In this document: piece after piece, positions 46,728 through 48,704 of the stretch | How the letters are laid out: each line of letters starts with the position of its first letter | How positions within the stretch are numbered: position 1 is the first letter of the stretch | Source of the DNA: a virus | Lineage: Duplodnaviria; Caudoviricetes | Reading direction: 5' to 3' (one strand) | IMG/VR virus record: IMGVR_UViG_3300010382_000021 | Span: 1 to 48,704 of that record | DNA: 48,704 bases | Position numbers and translations under genes: made by a program | Notes under the pieces: generated by a model | The model's input: only the letters and a program-made list of their open reading frames with translations | Database searches by the model: none | Told to the model about the DNA's origin: nothing

Positions 46728-47261
46728 ATGTTTGGTAAAGTGGAAGTAGGGAAACTGTACCAAGAAGGCATAAATAAATACCAGGAAGAATCAAAATTCG
46801 ATTTCACAAACTCAGGGGCTGAGCTCTATCTTATGTTTGATAGGCCTGCCAAAACTGAAATAGAGAATATAAAAAGAGGTAATATAGAATTAGCTGTTTA
46901 TCCAGCAGATGAAGTATTATTCATGCTTTTTAAGTTTGGTAGCTTGAATTGGATCGATGTGCCCTACTCGGTGCATTTATCTAAAGATTTAGAACTGCAG
47001 GAGGTGGAGGAGGGGAAGGGTTATGCATTGCATGTTACCCTGATTGATGCAAGTACCGGCATAGTTGAAGTACTTAGATTGATTGGTCTTTCTACAAAGT
47101 TTTCAATACAACTGCGTAAACTGATAATGTCACAAAAAGAAAAACCATTTGATATAAAAGCTTATAACAATAAAATAAACCATATATATAATAATTACTC
47201 AACAAAGGACCTGGTTAGCAGAACCATACTAAATTATAGGCATAAAGGTGGGGAAGAGTAA
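46728..47261 (+). CDS. Hypothetical protein
   Basis: GGAGGAG SD; 177 aa. Confidence 0.75.
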   Translation: MFGKVEVGKLYQEGINKYQEESKFDFTNSGAELYLMFDRPAKTEIENIKRGNIELAVYPADEVLFMLFKFGSLNWIDVPYSVHLSKDLELQEVEEGKGYALHVTLIDASTGIVEVLRLIGLSTKFSIQLRKLIMSQKEKPFDIKAYNNKINHIYNNYSTKDLVSRTILNYRHKGGEE

Positions 47262-47262
47262 G

Positions 47263-47418
47263 ATGGCAATTAAATCTGAGATTATACCGTTGCGTGTATC
47301 TCCGCTGCTTAAAGATAAAATTGAAAGGGCAGCTGGTGATGCACAGGAAAATACGGCAGAATATATCCGGAAGGCTGTAGAACAAAGATTGGAAAGGGAA
47401 ACGAAGAAGTCTGAATAA
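47263..47418 (+). CDS. Ribbon-helix-helix regulator (51 aa)
   Basis: IIPLRVSPLLKDKIERAA......AEYIRKAVEQRL. Confidence 0.7.
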   Translation: MAIKSEIIPLRVSPLLKDKIERAAGDAQENTAEYIRKAVEQRLERETKKSE

Positions 47419-47432
47419 GGCTTCTTTTTTTT
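47404..47432 (+). terminator. Rho-independent terminator of the accessory operon
   Basis: AAGAAGTCT-gaata-AGGCTTCTT followed by a T-tract. Confidence 0.7.
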
Positions 47433-47695
47433 GTGGAATTTGCTCTGTTTAGGTATTAAGTCCTACAAGGAGGTCATAGGACATTTTGCATAGACCTGGG
47501 TATTATACCTTACATTTACATAATTATCCCATTAAAATTTCATTTCACACCGAATATTATTATGCATTCCATTGTCAATTACAGTCAACCATTTGGCATA
47601 AAGCCGTTCCCATAGCATTCGCAATTATAACATAGGTGACAAACGCATCCTCTCGGTACTTATGGACAAAATAACGAAAATAAGTATCAGGTGGG

Positions 47696-48049
47696 ATGGG
47701 CGTGAAGCAAGAGCTTACAAAATCAGAATATATCCATATAGGTCGCGTTGAGTATTACAAAACTACCGACCTAATAACCTATGCCGGCATACAGCGCCGG
47801 GTAACGCTACAAGTATGTGTAATGGATGGTAAGTACACATATGTTATGCCTATCTATGCCCAGGGAATGAAAATACGCGCCGTAAGAAAGGCTGGAGCAC
47901 AGATAGTAAAATTAAGCCTTGAGGAGAACAAAGGATGGAGCCATGAAGATTACATATATATAAAGCCACCAAAAGAATATGAAGCTGGAGAAGGGCCTAT
48001 AGCTTATATGGCAGACTATATACAAGGTATACTTAACCTTATGGAATAA
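47696..48049 (+). CDS. Hypothetical protein
   Basis: 117-aa ORF, AGGTGG SD. Confidence 0.6.
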   Translation: MGVKQELTKSEYIHIGRVEYYKTTDLITYAGIQRRVTLQVCVMDGKYTYVMPIYAQGMKIRAVRKAGAQIVKLSLEENKGWSHEDYIYIKPPKEYEAGEGPIAYMADYIQGILNLME

Positions 48050-48249
48050 TATTACAAAATTAATCCCAATTAATCCCAAAAAGGCACTTTAGGTATCGAA
48101 AATTACCGTTCATCAAAATCCATTGAAAATACAGAAAATTAAAAATATAATGGGAATATAACGCAAATCGACAAATTATGACAAAAAAATGCAGCTCGGA
48201 ATGGGACATGCATGTGACGGAAATACAAGTAATATTTTTCTCCAGGGTA

Positions 48250-48278
48250 TTTTCAAGCGAACATATGTTTGGTATAAT
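48250..48278 (+). promoter_or_regulatory. Promoter with LexA (Cheo) box
   Basis: CGAACATATGTTTG (48258-48271) between TTTTCA and TG-G-TATAAT. Confidence 0.7.
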
Positions 48279-48340
48279 ATTCCCATGAATAAAAAGTTCC
48301 AATGGAAATATTTCCTGTAAGGATATGAAGGAGGTATATT

Positions 48341-48490
48341 ATGGAACCCGACATAATAGAGAAAGGAAGCCACATTGTCTACCCAGGACACGACTTCCTT
48401 TCTTTGTCAGCCCCTCCAAAAGGAGGAAGACAACTAATTCTACCTTATTCGTTGTACATATGCAATAGAAAACTTTCGACAAATATATAA
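48341..48490 (+). CDS. Small ORF (49 aa) downstream of the LexA-box promoter
   Basis: AAGGAGGT SD. Confidence 0.45.
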   Translation: MEPDIIEKGSHIVYPGHDFLSLSAPPKGGRQLILPYSLYICNRKLSTNI

Positions 48491-48509
48491 TAGATACGGA
48501 GGAGAATAT

Positions 48510-48704
48510 ATGTATAGCCAAAAATCAAGCATAAAAGATTTTATGAAAAAAAACGGGGTTAATATCGATGCGCTTTCGAAGAAAACAAATATATCAAAAT
48601 ATGAGCTATTCCTTTTACTTTACTGTCCTTTCCTGAAGCTTAAATTATCGCATTTTGTGCTTATTAGTAGAGGCTTAAATATACATATTTCAGATTTACT
48701 ATGA
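48510..48704 (+). CDS. XRE-like HTH protein
   Basis: GGAGGAG SD; LSKKTNISK...ISRGLNIHISDLL. Confidence 0.7.
   Translation: MYSQKSSIKDFMKKNGVNIDALSKKTNISKYELFLLLYCPFLKLKLSHFVLISRGLNIHISDLL

Larger units (their letters stand above)
1..48704. mobile_element. Temperate prophage (siphovirus-like, HK97-type head), likely Clostridia host
   Basis: Canonical module order integrase-repressor-replication-packaging-head-tail-lysis-accessory; Firmicutes-type SD and sigmaA promoters; SpoIIID and CD1375-like genes. Confidence 0.97.

Noticed and set aside
48176-48391. Minus-strand 71-aa ORF
   Set aside because: Runs across the LexA-box promoter with atypical composition; probably spurious
47433-48704. attR core
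   Set aside because: No repeat shared with the left end was found; the window is cut at gene boundaries

Overview
The window is an apparently complete temperate siphovirus-type prophage, probably from a spore-forming Clostridia host. It runs from the stop codon of a tyrosine integrase (base 1) to an HTH gene at the far end; the att core sites are not identifiable inside it. The modules in order are: integrase and a CI/Cro-like switch; antirepressor; an early region (Gp157, Sak/Rad52-like recombinase, replication initiator with iterons, three orphan adenine methyltransferases, DUF5131, many small ORFs, an inverted HNH endonuclease, a SpoIIID homologue); HNH, terminase, HK97-type head and non-contractile tail genes with a -1 frameshift chaperone; lysis genes (XhlA, holin, M15 peptidase); and a right-end accessory region. 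The most striking element is a separately promoted operon at about 41.3-47.4 kb. It contains a hammerhead ribozyme followed by a conserved hypothetical gene, an SNF2-like helicase, an IbrA/DUF3440 PAPS-reductase-fold gene, a GNAT acetyltransferase, an IbrB/ParB-like gene, a further hypothetical gene and an RHH regulator. This is a candidate DNA-modification or defence system. Other notable items are a phage SpoIIID with an apparent ATA start, structured intergenic RNAs (one tRNA-like), an HNH-split gene and a LexA-box promoter. All family calls come from motif recognition by eye, not database searches.
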